64,000 nucleotides of DNA from Actinomycetes bacterium (GTDB lineage Bacteria; Actinomycetota; Actinomycetes; S36-B12). Below, one piece after another: positions 21,819 to 30,246 of the stretch. The notes under the pieces are model-generated. The model was given only the letters and a program-made list of their open reading frames with translations. It was not told where the DNA came from and did no database searches. How positions within the stretch are numbered: position 1 is the first letter of the stretch; every line of letters begins with the position of its first letter. The translations under genes and the position numbers were made by a program. The DNA lies in contig JAHEIZ010000006.1 of the NCBI GenBank assembly GCA_024639145.1, positions 13,240 to 77,239 on the forward strand, read 5' to 3'.

Positions 21819-22912
21819 GTTCCCGGATGATCATCCTGGCCAACAACATCGACGAAGTCGGTGGCGCGCAGCGCGTGGCGCACTCATTGGCGCAAGGCTT
21901 CGCTCACCGCGGTTTCGAGGTTGAGCTCGTGGGCGTTGTGCCGCATGAGCCCCGGCATCAGTTCACTGTCGATCCCGCGTACCGAGCGATTACGCTCGCC
22001 GATCGCCCGCTGCCCTCGACCAGTGATCCGGCCGGGCGCAAGCGTGCCCGCACGGCAATTCTGCGCTCGTTACAAGCACTGCTCGATGCGGGTGAGCCGG
22101 GCATCATCATTACGACGCAACTATGGGCAATGGAACATCTCGAGGAAGTCGATCATCGCGGCTGGCGGATCATCGGCCAGTACCACTCGTCATTCGAGGC
22201 GGCAGCCGCCGGACGCGACCTGGTTCGGGCGCAGAAGTCATATGCCGATGTCGATTCCTTCGTGCTCCTCACTCACGAGGATGCCGAGGCATTTCGTCGC
22301 GCCGGACTGAACAACACGTGCTGGATCCCTAATTCGGTCTCGTTCAGGCCAGCGGCACCTGCCGCCCTGAGCACTCGGGTGCTCACGTATCTCGGTCGTC
22401 TCTCTCCGGAGAAGGGCCCGCAGTTCCTGGTCGAGGCCTGGGGCCGAATAGCGGCTCAGCATCCGGACTGGTCTCTGCGCTTTGTCGGCAATGGTCCTGA
22501 TGAGCCTGCGATTCGAGCCATGGTCGATCGACTGCCTGAGGGTGCTGAGCGCATCGAATTCCTGGCACCGGTCTCGGATCCCGAGCGAGTGCTGCTCTCC
22601 AGCGACATCGTGGTGTTGCCATCGCTCGTTGAGGGCTTCCCACTCGCGATTGCGGAAGCGATGGCCTGCGGCGTGCCCGTGGTTGCCGCTGACTGCTCGG
22701 CTGGTGTGCGAGCACTTATCGATGACGGAGTGACGGGCCTGATTGCCGCACGCGGTGATGCCGGGGATCTCGCGCATCAGCTCACCTGGCTGATGGAGTC
22801 CGAGGGCCTGCGCCGGGAGTTCGGTGCGGCGGCCCGGGCGCGTGCGGAACGACTGTCGCCCGAGGCGATCTTCGCTCGCTGGGAACTTCTGTTCGCTGAC
22901 GTCTTGCGCTGA
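21815..22912 (+). CDS. glycosyltransferase family 4 (GT-B, group 1)
   Basis: 365 aa with a C-terminal PSLVEGFPLAIAEAMACGVPVVA motif. ATGA overlap upstream. Confidence 0.85.
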   Translation: MSSRMIILANNIDEVGGAQRVAHSLAQGFAHRGFEVELVGVVPHEPRHQFTVDPAYRAITLADRPLPSTSDPAGRKRARTAILRSLQALLDAGEPGIIITTQLWAMEHLEEVDHRGWRIIGQYHSSFEAAAAGRDLVRAQKSYADVDSFVLLTHEDAEAFRRAGLNNTCWIPNSVSFRPAAPAALSTRVLTYLGRLSPEKGPQFLVEAWGRIAAQHPDWSLRFVGNGPDEPAIRAMVDRLPEGAERIEFLAPVSDPERVLLSSDIVVLPSLVEGFPLAIAEAMACGVPVVAADCSAGVRALIDDGVTGLIAARGDAGDLAHQLTWLMESEGLRREFGAAARARAERLSPEAIFARWELLFADVLR

Positions 22913-22913
22913 G

Positions 22914-22995
22914 TACGGGAGAAGGGACTTGAACCCTCACGTCCGAAGACACAGGATCCTAAATCCTGCGTGTCTGCCAATTCCACCACTCCCGC
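22914..22995 (-). tRNA. tRNA-Leu (anticodon UAG)
   Basis: Hand-folded cloverleaf: acceptor GCGGGAG/CTCCCGT, anticodon stem CAGGA/TCCTG with loop TTTAGGA, a long variable arm and a GTTCAAGT T-loop. CCA is not encoded. Confidence 0.9.
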
Positions 22996-23031
22996 GTGAT
23001 GGCGAAAGTCTACGACAGAGCCGAATGCCGG

Positions 23032-23493
23032 CTAGATCTCCAGGTCGCGCATGAGCTTCGAGACGTGCCCGGTGGCCTTCACGTTGTAGAAGGCGTGCTC
23101 GATCTTGCCCTTGGCGTCGATGACGAAGGTCGAGCGGATCACGCCGGTGACGGTCTTGCCGTACATCATCTTCTCTCCGAAGGCGCCGTAAGAGGCGAGC
23201 ACCGACTTATCGGGATCGCTGAGAAGCGTGAAGGTCAGGTGGTCGTGCTCGCGGAACTTCGCGAGCTTTTCCGGCTTGTCGGGGGAGATGCCGATGATCA
23301 CGAGATCCTGCTTCGCGAAGGCCTTGAGATTGTCGCGGAAGTCGCAGGCCTGCTTGGTGCAGCCAGGGGTCATCGCGGCAGGATAGGCATACAGCAGTAC
23401 GCGCTTGCCCGCGAAGTCCGAGAGTTTCACCGTCTTTCCCGTGTCGTCGAGAAGTGCGAAGGCCGGGGCCTTGTCGCCGGGTTCGAGTCTCAT
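23032..23493 (-). CDS. bcp: thiol peroxidase Bcp (thioredoxin-dependent peroxiredoxin)
   Basis: 153 aa with a PGCTKQACDFRD active-site motif. The start overlaps the permease stop (ATGA). Confidence 0.9.
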   Translation of the reverse strand: MRLEPGDKAPAFALLDDTGKTVKLSDFAGKRVLLYAYPAAMTPGCTKQACDFRDNLKAFAKQDLVIIGISPDKPEKLAKFREHDHLTFTLLSDPDKSVLASYGAFGEKMMYGKTVTGVIRSTFVIDAKGKIEHAFYNVKATGHVSKLMRDLEI

Positions 23494-24371
23494 CTGGTCA
23501 CCACCGGTGCTAGTTCGGCTACGTCATGATGCTTGTCGAGTCCGGCGGAACGGCGCAGGCCGCGGCTGCCGGTGATGGCGAGAACGATAACGAAGATGGC
23601 GGCGCCGACGAGAACGATCATTGTGCCCGAGGGAACGCCTGCGTAGTAACTGGCATACATGCCGACGAATCCGCAGAACATGCCGATGCCGGTGCTCCAG
23701 GCCAGCATCTTGCCGAAGGAGTCGGTCAGCATGCGGCCGATCACAGCCGGGATCACCAGCATTGCTGCCACGAGGGTCACGCCGATCACGGTCAGTGTGG
23801 CCAGGATCGCAAGGGAGAGCACGATCATGAGCATGGCTTCGAGCCGTGCGACACGAACGCCCGAGACGTCGGCGACATCGGGATCGAAGGTCGAGAAGAT
23901 CAGCGCCCGGTAGCGCAGGAAGACAAACACCGCGGCCAGAATGCTGACGGCCACGAGCCCGATGATCTGCTGGATGCTGATGCCCAAGATGCTGCCGAAC
24001 AGGGCGTTCTCGAATGAGGGCCCGCTGGTGCCGAATTTCGCGAAGAGGGCCACGCCAAGCGCGAACGACGCAGTCGTGATCACGCCGATGGCAGCATCGG
24101 CACCGACCCTGCCCTTGCGCGCCACGGTGGTGATGGCGATGGCCGAGGCAACGCCCCACAGGCCCGCGCCCAGCATGTAGAACTGAGCGGCAAAGAGCTG
24201 AGAGGCGGCGAATCCGCCGAAGATCGAGTGCGAGAGCCCGTGGCCGATGTAGCTCATGCCGCGCAGCACGATGAAGACGCCGATGAAACCCAGCAATGCC
24301 CCGGAGAGAGTCGCGACGATAAGACCCTTGTTGAAGAACGCATAGGAGAGCGGCTCGAACAGGACATCCAT
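23490..24371 (-). CDS. metal (Mn/Zn) ABC transporter permease
   Basis: ABC-3 family multi-TM protein. The start was trimmed to the ATG at 24371 (MDVLFEPLSYAFF...), which overlaps the ATPase stop by 1 nt. Confidence 0.88.
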   Translation of the reverse strand: MDVLFEPLSYAFFNKGLIVATLSGALLGFIGVFIVLRGMSYIGHGLSHSIFGGFAASQLFAAQFYMLGAGLWGVASAIAITTVARKGRVGADAAIGVITTASFALGVALFAKFGTSGPSFENALFGSILGISIQQIIGLVAVSILAAVFVFLRYRALIFSTFDPDVADVSGVRVARLEAMLMIVLSLAILATLTVIGVTLVAAMLVIPAVIGRMLTDSFGKMLAWSTGIGMFCGFVGMYASYYAGVPSGTMIVLVGAAIFVIVLAITGSRGLRRSAGLDKHHDVAELAPVVTR

Positions 24372-25150
24372 TACATGGCCTCCGTCCGGATCTCGGGTGC
24401 CCCATCGACGACCACGAGCATGCCCAGGTGTTCGAGCACCTCCATGCGCGCGCCGAAGGTCTCCTCGAGAACGGCAGGCGTGATGACCTCGGCAGGGGGG
24501 CCATCGGCGACGATGCGCTTGTTCACGCACACCAGATGGGGTAGGTGCGCAGCCATGCCGTTGAGGTCATGAGTGGTGAGCACAATCGCTACGCCGTCCT
24601 CGTGAAGATCGCCGAGCAGGTGCAGGATGTCGTGACGGGTCGATACGTCAACGCCACTGGTGGGCTCATCGAGCAGGAGCAGTTGCGGCTCACGTAGGAG
24701 TGCTCGGGCAAGGAACATCCGCTGCTGCTGACCGCCGGAGAGCTCGCGGATGTGACGCTGCGCGAGATCGGCGATGCCCAGGCGATCGAGCACGCTCATC
24801 ACGCGTGCACGCTCAGCTGCACTGGCCCACGGAAGGCGCCGGCCGTGTGTGCGCGACATCAGCACGCATTCGAAGACGGTGATCGGGAAGTTCCAGTCGA
24901 CGGTTTCGAGCTGCGGCACGTAGGCCACTCGCAGATCGGGCTCGGTCGTCAACGTGCCCGCGACCGGCTTCAGGGTGCCGAGCAGCAAGCGCAGCAGCGT
25001 GGTCTTGCCGGCGCCCGACGGGCCGACAATGCCGGTGAACTGATCCTCATGCACGTGAAAGTCGACGTGATCGAGCACGATCTGCTTGTCGTAGCGAGCA
25101 GAAACGTGATCGAGACGAACGAGAATCTCGCCGACACCGGTTCCGGTCAT
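24371..25150 (-). CDS. metal ABC transporter ATP-binding protein
   Basis: 259 aa with Walker A GPSGAGKTT, the LSGGQQQR signature and Walker B LLLLDEP. Confidence 0.9.
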   Translation of the reverse strand: MTGTGVGEILVRLDHVSARYDKQIVLDHVDFHVHEDQFTGIVGPSGAGKTTLLRLLLGTLKPVAGTLTTEPDLRVAYVPQLETVDWNFPITVFECVLMSRTHGRRLPWASAAERARVMSVLDRLGIADLAQRHIRELSGGQQQRMFLARALLREPQLLLLDEPTSGVDVSTRHDILHLLGDLHEDGVAIVLTTHDLNGMAAHLPHLVCVNKRIVADGPPAEVITPAVLEETFGARMEVLEHLGMLVVVDGAPEIRTEAM

Positions 25151-26151
25151 TGCGGGTACACCGCCGAGTCCTTGACCTTGGGCGTGATGTCGACGGCGTC
25201 GAGATTCGTGGTCGTGCCGCCGAGGGCTCGGACCATCGTGGTGTAGTCGTACTTCATCAGGCCCAGCCAGGAGTGCTCGGTGTCGCCGGGAGCCCCGGGA
25301 AGATCGTCATCGCGCAGCGAGCTCTCGTAGGTGGCGCCCGTGGCGGTGCCGATCTCCTCGAGCACCTTGGACGGGAAGACCTCGGAACCGAAGATCACCG
25401 GTACCTGCTGCGCCTTCACCTGGTCGATGAGCGCGGCGACCTCGGAAGGCGAGGGATCCTCGAAGTTCTTCGGCTGAAGTGCACCGATGACCTGCCAGCC
25501 GAAGTCCTTCGCGAAGTAGGCATAGGCATCGTGGTAGGTCAGCAGCTTCAGGGCTCCATCGGGCACAGTGGCCTGATCGGCTCGCAATGCATCGGCGAGT
25601 GCGGTGGCCTGCGCCGCGAAGGTGTCGTAGTTGGCCGCGAAGTAGGCAGCATTGCCCGGATCACGCTTCGACAACTCATCGCGAATCACTGCCGCGTACT
25701 TGATCGCGTACAGCGGGTCGGTCCACAGGTGAGGGTTCGGCTTGCCCTCCTCCTTCGGGAAGGAGAAGTCGTAGATGTACTCGGATTCGGGGATCACGCT
25801 GGTGCCGATCTCGACCAGGTCGGCGCCGGACTTCATGTTCGCCTTCGCCAGCTCAGCCGTGGGATCTTCGAGCTTGAGGCCATTGACGAACACGATGTCG
25901 GCATCGCTGAGGAGCCTGGCGACGGAAGGCTCGGGTTCGAAAGTGTGGCTGTTCGTGCCCTCGGGAACGATTCCCTCGACTCGTGCCCTGTCTCCGGCGA
26001 TGGCCGCGGCGATGGAGGTGATGGGGGAGACCGTGGTGGCCACGAGCAGGCCCGTTGCGCTCTCCGCAGGGGCCGAGGAACCAGCCGACGAGCAGGCACC
26101 GAGCATGAGCGGCAGCACCACAAGCGCGGTGAGGGCAGGGCGAAGGCGCAC
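25147..26151 (-). CDS. metal ABC transporter substrate-binding lipoprotein (ZnuA/MntC/TroA family)
   Basis: LMLGACSS lipobox plus NSHTFEP, NPHLWTDP and LLTYHDAYAYF metal-site motifs. GTG start preceded by AGGA. Confidence 0.88.
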   Translation of the reverse strand: MRLRPALTALVVLPLMLGACSSAGSSAPAESATGLLVATTVSPITSIAAAIAGDRARVEGIVPEGTNSHTFEPEPSVARLLSDADIVFVNGLKLEDPTAELAKANMKSGADLVEIGTSVIPESEYIYDFSFPKEEGKPNPHLWTDPLYAIKYAAVIRDELSKRDPGNAAYFAANYDTFAAQATALADALRADQATVPDGALKLLTYHDAYAYFAKDFGWQVIGALQPKNFEDPSPSEVAALIDQVKAQQVPVIFGSEVFPSKVLEEIGTATGATYESSLRDDDLPGAPGDTEHSWLGLMKYDYTTMVRALGGTTTNLDAVDITPKVKDSAVYPQ

Positions 26152-26251
26152 GTAAGGATCCTAAAAGAGGTGTGGAGTACCTGCAAATCATATGCAATAA
26201 GGCGTAATCCCGCAGCGGGAAGCGAGTGACCTCGTGCCGTAGGCTGATGCC

Positions 26252-26491
26252 GTGACTGAGCCCAGCATTGTCGACCTCCAGGCCGAACTTGCCGCTGCCC
26301 GCGAGGAGCTCGCCGCCAGCATCGCCGAGCTCAAGGCGCAGGCAGCACCCGCCGCGATTGTCGAGCGCGGTAAGCGTGCTGTCACCGGATTCTTCACCAC
26401 CGACGAAGGTGGCGTGAACGTCAAGCGCGTGGCGATCGTCGGCGGCGTCGTCGTGGGCATCGTCGCGATCAAGATCCTGCGTCGCCGCTGA
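26252..26491 (+). CDS. small C-terminally membrane-anchored protein (DUF3618-like)
   Basis: 79 aa with an Ala/Glu-rich helical N-terminal region and a C-terminal hydrophobic helix followed by RRR. The family assignment is from memory only. Confidence 0.5.
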   Translation: MTEPSIVDLQAELAAAREELAASIAELKAQAAPAAIVERGKRAVTGFFTTDEGGVNVKRVAIVGGVVVGIVAIKILRRR

Positions 26492-26550
26492 CGCGGGGGC
26501 GATTTGTCGCGGCCTTGAATCGCACGTTATGTTTCACCCACAACTGAATA

Positions 26551-26684
26551 CCTCATCAAGAGGGGCAGAGGGAAACGGCCCAATGAAGCCCCGGCAACCT
26601 ACCCAGCATTAATCGACGAGATTCCATCTCCGAGGCCGCTGGATTTCGGTGCCAACTCCGACCTGACAACCAGGACAGATGAGC
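26551..26684 (+). promoter_or_regulatory. SAM-I (S-box) riboswitch
   Basis: CTCATCAAGAGGGGCAGAGGGAAACGGCCCAATGAAGCCCCGGCAACC...GGTGCCAACTCC...GATGAG matches the S-box core. P1 pairs CTCATC (26552-57) with GATGAG (26678-83). The SD AAGGAG follows at 26685. Confidence 0.85.
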
Positions 26685-26702
26685 AAGGAGAGAGGCCTCG
26701 TC

Positions 26703-27953
26703 ATGACTGTTACCACCACACCCGCCATCGGCTCCGCCGTTGCACTGAAGTGTCGCGAGTGCGGCACTCGCTATCCGCTTGATGCGAGTTACGCCTGTTA
26801 CGAGTGCTTCGGCCCCCTTGAGGTGGCCTATGAGCTTGGCAGCGTCACCCGTGCGCAGATCGAGAGCGGCCCGAACTCGATGTGGCGCTATGAGTCGTTG
26901 CTGCCCGTCGTGCCCGGTGCCGACGCTCGCCCGGGCCTGCAGGCCGGCTTCACGAAGCTGGTGCGTGCTGAGAACCTCGCCCGTGCGCTCGGCGTGAAGA
27001 CCCTGTGGGTCAAGGATGACTCGGGTAATCCGACCCATTCATTCAAGGATCGCGTTGTCGCGGTGGCCCTCGAGAACGCCCGCCGTCTTGGCTTCGAGAC
27101 CATTGCCTGCGCCTCAACGGGCAATCTCGCCAATGCGGTGGCTGCTGCCGGCGCACGAGCGGGCCTGAAGTCGGTTGTCTTCGTTCCGTCGAATCTCGAG
27201 GCCGGCAAGATCGTGACCACCGCGGTCTACGGCGGAACCCTGGTCGCCATTGACGGCAATTACGACGACGTCAATCGTCTGTGCACTGAGGTCGCGGCCT
27301 CGCGCAATTGGGGCTTCGTCAACGTGAACCTGCGCCCGTACTACGCCGAGGGCAGCAAGACGGTCGGTTATGAGGTGGCCGAGCAGCTCGGCTGGCGCCT
27401 GCCCGACGCTGTCGTCTCGCCAGTGGCCTCGGGCTCGCTGCTGACCAAGGTCGACAAGGCCTTCCGCGAGTTCGTCGATCTCGGCCTGGTCGATGATCAC
27501 CCCTACGCGATATACGGGGCTCAGGCCACCGGATGTTCGCCCGTCTCGCAGGCATTCAACTCCGGCCAGGATGTCATCCGCCCCGTCAAGCCCGACACGA
27601 TCGCGAAGTCACTCGCGATCGGCAACCCTGCAGACGGCCCTTACGCCCTCGATGTCGTCCGCCGCACCAACGGCGCGATCGCTGACGTCACCGATGAGGA
27701 AGTCGTCGAGGGCATCAAGCTGCTCGCGCGCACCGAGGGCATCTTCGCCGAGACCGCCGGTGGTGTCGTGGTCGCGACCTACCGCAAGCTGCTGCGCGAG
27801 GGTCGGATCGACCCCGGCGCAGAGACCGTACTTCTCAACACTGGCGATGGTCTGAAGACCCTCGACGCCGTTGAGGCAACCTCCAAGCCCACCATGGTCA
27901 TCAGCCCGTCGTACGACGAGTTCGAGGCCGAATACTCGAAGGTCGTGTCATGA
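26703..27953 (+). CDS. threonine synthase-family PLP enzyme with an N-terminal Cys4 ribbon
   Basis: CRECG...CYEC ribbon, a THSFKDR PLP-lysine motif and the ASTGN loop. The start was set at the ATG at 26703 behind AAGGAGAGAGG rather than the ATG at 26679, which lies inside riboswitch P1. Confidence 0.85.
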   Translation: MTVTTTPAIGSAVALKCRECGTRYPLDASYACYECFGPLEVAYELGSVTRAQIESGPNSMWRYESLLPVVPGADARPGLQAGFTKLVRAENLARALGVKTLWVKDDSGNPTHSFKDRVVAVALENARRLGFETIACASTGNLANAVAAAGARAGLKSVVFVPSNLEAGKIVTTAVYGGTLVAIDGNYDDVNRLCTEVAASRNWGFVNVNLRPYYAEGSKTVGYEVAEQLGWRLPDAVVSPVASGSLLTKVDKAFREFVDLGLVDDHPYAIYGAQATGCSPVSQAFNSGQDVIRPVKPDTIAKSLAIGNPADGPYALDVVRRTNGAIADVTDEEVVEGIKLLARTEGIFAETAGGVVVATYRKLLREGRIDPGAETVLLNTGDGLKTLDAVEATSKPTMVISPSYDEFEAEYSKVVS

Positions 27954-28225
27954 GCGCATCAGTCCGTATCCCCACCATCCTTCGCACCTACACCAGCGGC
28001 GTCGCTGAGGTTTCGGCCGAGGGCGCCACACTGCAGGATGTCCTGAACAGCCTGGATGCGCAGTACGCCGGCATAGCTGCACGCGTGCTTGACGACAACG
28101 GTGCACTGCGTCGTTTCGTGAACGTGTATGTCAATGACGACGATGTTCGCTTCCTTGACGGTCTGGCCACGCCGATCGCCGAGGGTGCAAGCATCTCGAT
28201 CATTCCCGCAGTCGCCGGCGGCTGA
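27950..28225 (+). CDS. CysO/MoaD/ThiS-family sulfur-carrier protein
   Basis: 91 aa. IPTILR...RFVNVYVNDDDVRF...IIPAVAGG-stop closely follows the layout I recall for M. tuberculosis CysO. ATGA overlap with the upstream gene. Confidence 0.85.
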   Translation: MSASVRIPTILRTYTSGVAEVSAEGATLQDVLNSLDAQYAGIAARVLDDNGALRRFVNVYVNDDDVRFLDGLATPIAEGASISIIPAVAGG

Positions 28226-28228
28226 TCC

Positions 28229-29089
28229 ATGGCTCGCTCCGACGTACTCGTCAGCACCGCCTGGGTCGCCGAGCACCTCGATGATCCGAACGTCGTCCTC
28301 ATCGAGGCCGACGAAGACATCAGCATGTACTTCGAAGGCCACATCAAGGGTGCCGTGAGCCTCGACTGGCGTCGCGACCTCCAGGATCCCGTACGTCGTG
28401 ACGTGATCAGCCCCGTGCAGTTCGCCGAGCTGATGTCGACCCTTGGAGTGAAGCCCGAGTCGACAGTGGTGCTCTACGCCGCGAATAACAACTGGTTTGC
28501 TGCCTATTCGCTCTGGTACTTCACCATGTACGGGCACCGCGACGTCAAGCTGCTCGATGGCGGTCGCAAGAAGTGGGAGCTCGATGGCCGTGAGCTGGTC
28601 AAGGACGCACCCGTTCGTGACCGCACCGACTACCCGGTGCCCTCCGAGGACTCCAGTCACCGTGCTCGCCGCGATGAGATCATCAGCGGTCTCGGCAGCC
28701 TGCAGGTCATCGACGTTCGATCACCTGATGAGTACTCCGGAGCCATGCTGGCCCCGTCTCACCTCCCGCAGGAGCAGTCGTACCGCCCCGGTCACATCCC
28801 GACGGCGATCAACGTTCCGTGGAACCTCGCAGCCAATAACGACGGCACCTTCAAGGCCAATGATGAACTCGCGCGGATCTACGCCGAGGCGGGCATTACC
28901 CCGGATCGAGTGACCGTGGCCTACTGCCGCATTGGCGAGCGCTCGGCGTACACCTGGTTCGTGCTGCATGAGCTGCTCGGCTGGGCAGACGTGCGTAACT
29001 ACGACGGATCCTGGACGGAGTACGGCTCCCTGGTCGGGGTCCCGGTGGCCATTGGTGACGAGCCGGGATCAGCCGAGGGCAGTCGCTGA
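28229..29089 (+). CDS. thiosulfate sulfurtransferase (tandem rhodanese domains, CysA/SseA-like)
   Basis: 286 aa with two rhodanese domains and a CRIGERS active-site loop. It starts 3 nt after the carrier gene. Confidence 0.88.
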   Translation: MARSDVLVSTAWVAEHLDDPNVVLIEADEDISMYFEGHIKGAVSLDWRRDLQDPVRRDVISPVQFAELMSTLGVKPESTVVLYAANNNWFAAYSLWYFTMYGHRDVKLLDGGRKKWELDGRELVKDAPVRDRTDYPVPSEDSSHRARRDEIISGLGSLQVIDVRSPDEYSGAMLAPSHLPQEQSYRPGHIPTAINVPWNLAANNDGTFKANDELARIYAEAGITPDRVTVAYCRIGERSAYTWFVLHELLGWADVRNYDGSWTEYGSLVGVPVAIGDEPGSAEGSR

Positions 29090-29157
29090 TCCGCTGATGC
29101 GGGCTCGGGGGAGGGCGGATAAAGTCGAGTCCTCACACCCCGACATTTGGAGCACAC

Positions 29158-29649
29158 ATGACCATCGCTGTTGGCGATCGCATTCCCGAGGTTGACGTCC
29201 GAGTCATTCGTGATGGCGCACAGGCCGTCATCCCGAGCACCGAGGTTCTCGGCTCCGGTCGAGTCGTTCTCTTCGCCGTTCCCGGCGCCTTCACCCCGGG
29301 CTGCCACAAGCAGCACCTGCCCGGCTTCGTGTCGCAGGCGGCCGAGATCTCCGCTGCAGGCGTTGATTCGATCGTGTGCATGGGTGTCAATGACGCCTTC
29401 GTGATGGATGCCTGGGGCACCGTGCAAGGCGTCGGTGACTCGATCCTGATGGTCGCCGATCCCGCCGCTGACTTCGCCAAGGCCATCGGCATGGAGGTCG
29501 ACGCCAGCGGCGCCGGCCTCGGCATCCGCTCGCAGCGTTACGCCATGGTCATCGAAGACGGCGTCGTCACCGCATTCATGCCCGAAGAGGGTGGCTTCAA
29601 GATCGAGGCCAGCACCGCCGAGTGCGTGCTGACCTCACTCAAGGGCTAG
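29158..29649 (+). CDS. peroxiredoxin (Prx5-like subfamily)
   Basis: 163 aa with a PGAFTPGC peroxidatic Cys motif. Confidence 0.85.
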   Translation: MTIAVGDRIPEVDVRVIRDGAQAVIPSTEVLGSGRVVLFAVPGAFTPGCHKQHLPGFVSQAAEISAAGVDSIVCMGVNDAFVMDAWGTVQGVGDSILMVADPAADFAKAIGMEVDASGAGLGIRSQRYAMVIEDGVVTAFMPEEGGFKIEASTAECVLTSLKG

Positions 29650-29652
29650 TTC

Positions 29653-30246
29653 CTACGAACGCCTTCGTCGCATAGCGGCGAATAGCACGACCAGCACGAG
29701 TCCGATCAGGACTCCGATGCCGAGCCCGAGCCATGGGTTACCACCCGTGGACTCGGGCTCCGTCGTCTCCGAGATGGGCACGGCCGATCCACTCGGCTCG
29801 GCTGTTGCGGCCGGGCTTGCAACGGCGCTCGCACCTGCGTCGGCAGGCGCATACGTGAAGCCGATCGCGCCGGTGACCGGATGACCGTCGGCTGAGACCA
29901 CGCGGTACGCCGCCTGGTACTCGCCGGCCTGCAGATCAGCCGGCAAGGGAAGCTCGACAGTGTTGCCGGTCGGTTGCACCTTGGCACTGATCACATTGGT
30001 GCCGTCAGCTGCGTTCAGTGAAATCGAATCGGCGTCGGGCAGAAGTTCCTCGTCGAAGGTGAAGCTGATCGACGCGGGCGCCTCGCTGATGACGGATCCA
30101 TCAGCGGGGGTCGAGGAGGTGAGCCCGGAGTGCGCTGACGCAGATGTGGCTCCCGCTGCCCAGACCACTGTCGAGATTGCGAGGATGGCGAGGATGCGCC
30201 TGGTCGTGCGTGAACTCATTGCTGCTCCGTCTCGGATGGCGGTCAT
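29653..30246 (-). CDS. copC: CopC-domain copper-binding protein with a C-terminal membrane anchor
   Basis: The signal peptide ends ASA|HSGLTSSTP, the CopC core includes SADGHPVTG, and the C-terminal TM helix is followed by RRRRS. The start may be the internal ATG at 30219. Confidence 0.8.
   Translation of the reverse strand: MTAIRDGAAMSSRTTRRILAILAISTVVWAAGATSASAHSGLTSSTPADGSVISEAPASISFTFDEELLPDADSISLNAADGTNVISAKVQPTGNTVELPLPADLQAGEYQAAYRVVSADGHPVTGAIGFTYAPADAGASAVASPAATAEPSGSAVPISETTEPESTGGNPWLGLGIGVLIGLVLVVLFAAMRRRRS

Noticed and set aside
25150-26229. 359-aa plus-strand ORF, plus similar long antisense ORFs at 54638-55711, 41616-42611, 47147-48643, 23524-24504, 43633-44223 and 58272-58895
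   Set aside because: Each lies antisense to, or out of frame with, a gene that has clear family motifs. The translations are Arg/Ala/Gly/Pro-rich low-complexity strings with no recognisable domains. Long spurious ORFs of this kind are expected in about 70% GC DNA.
26679-26702. The ATG at 26679 as the start of the ThrC-like gene
   Set aside because: This ATG lies inside the 3-prime strand of riboswitch helix P1 (GATGAG) and has no SD. The ATG at 26703 is preceded by AAGGAGAGAGG.
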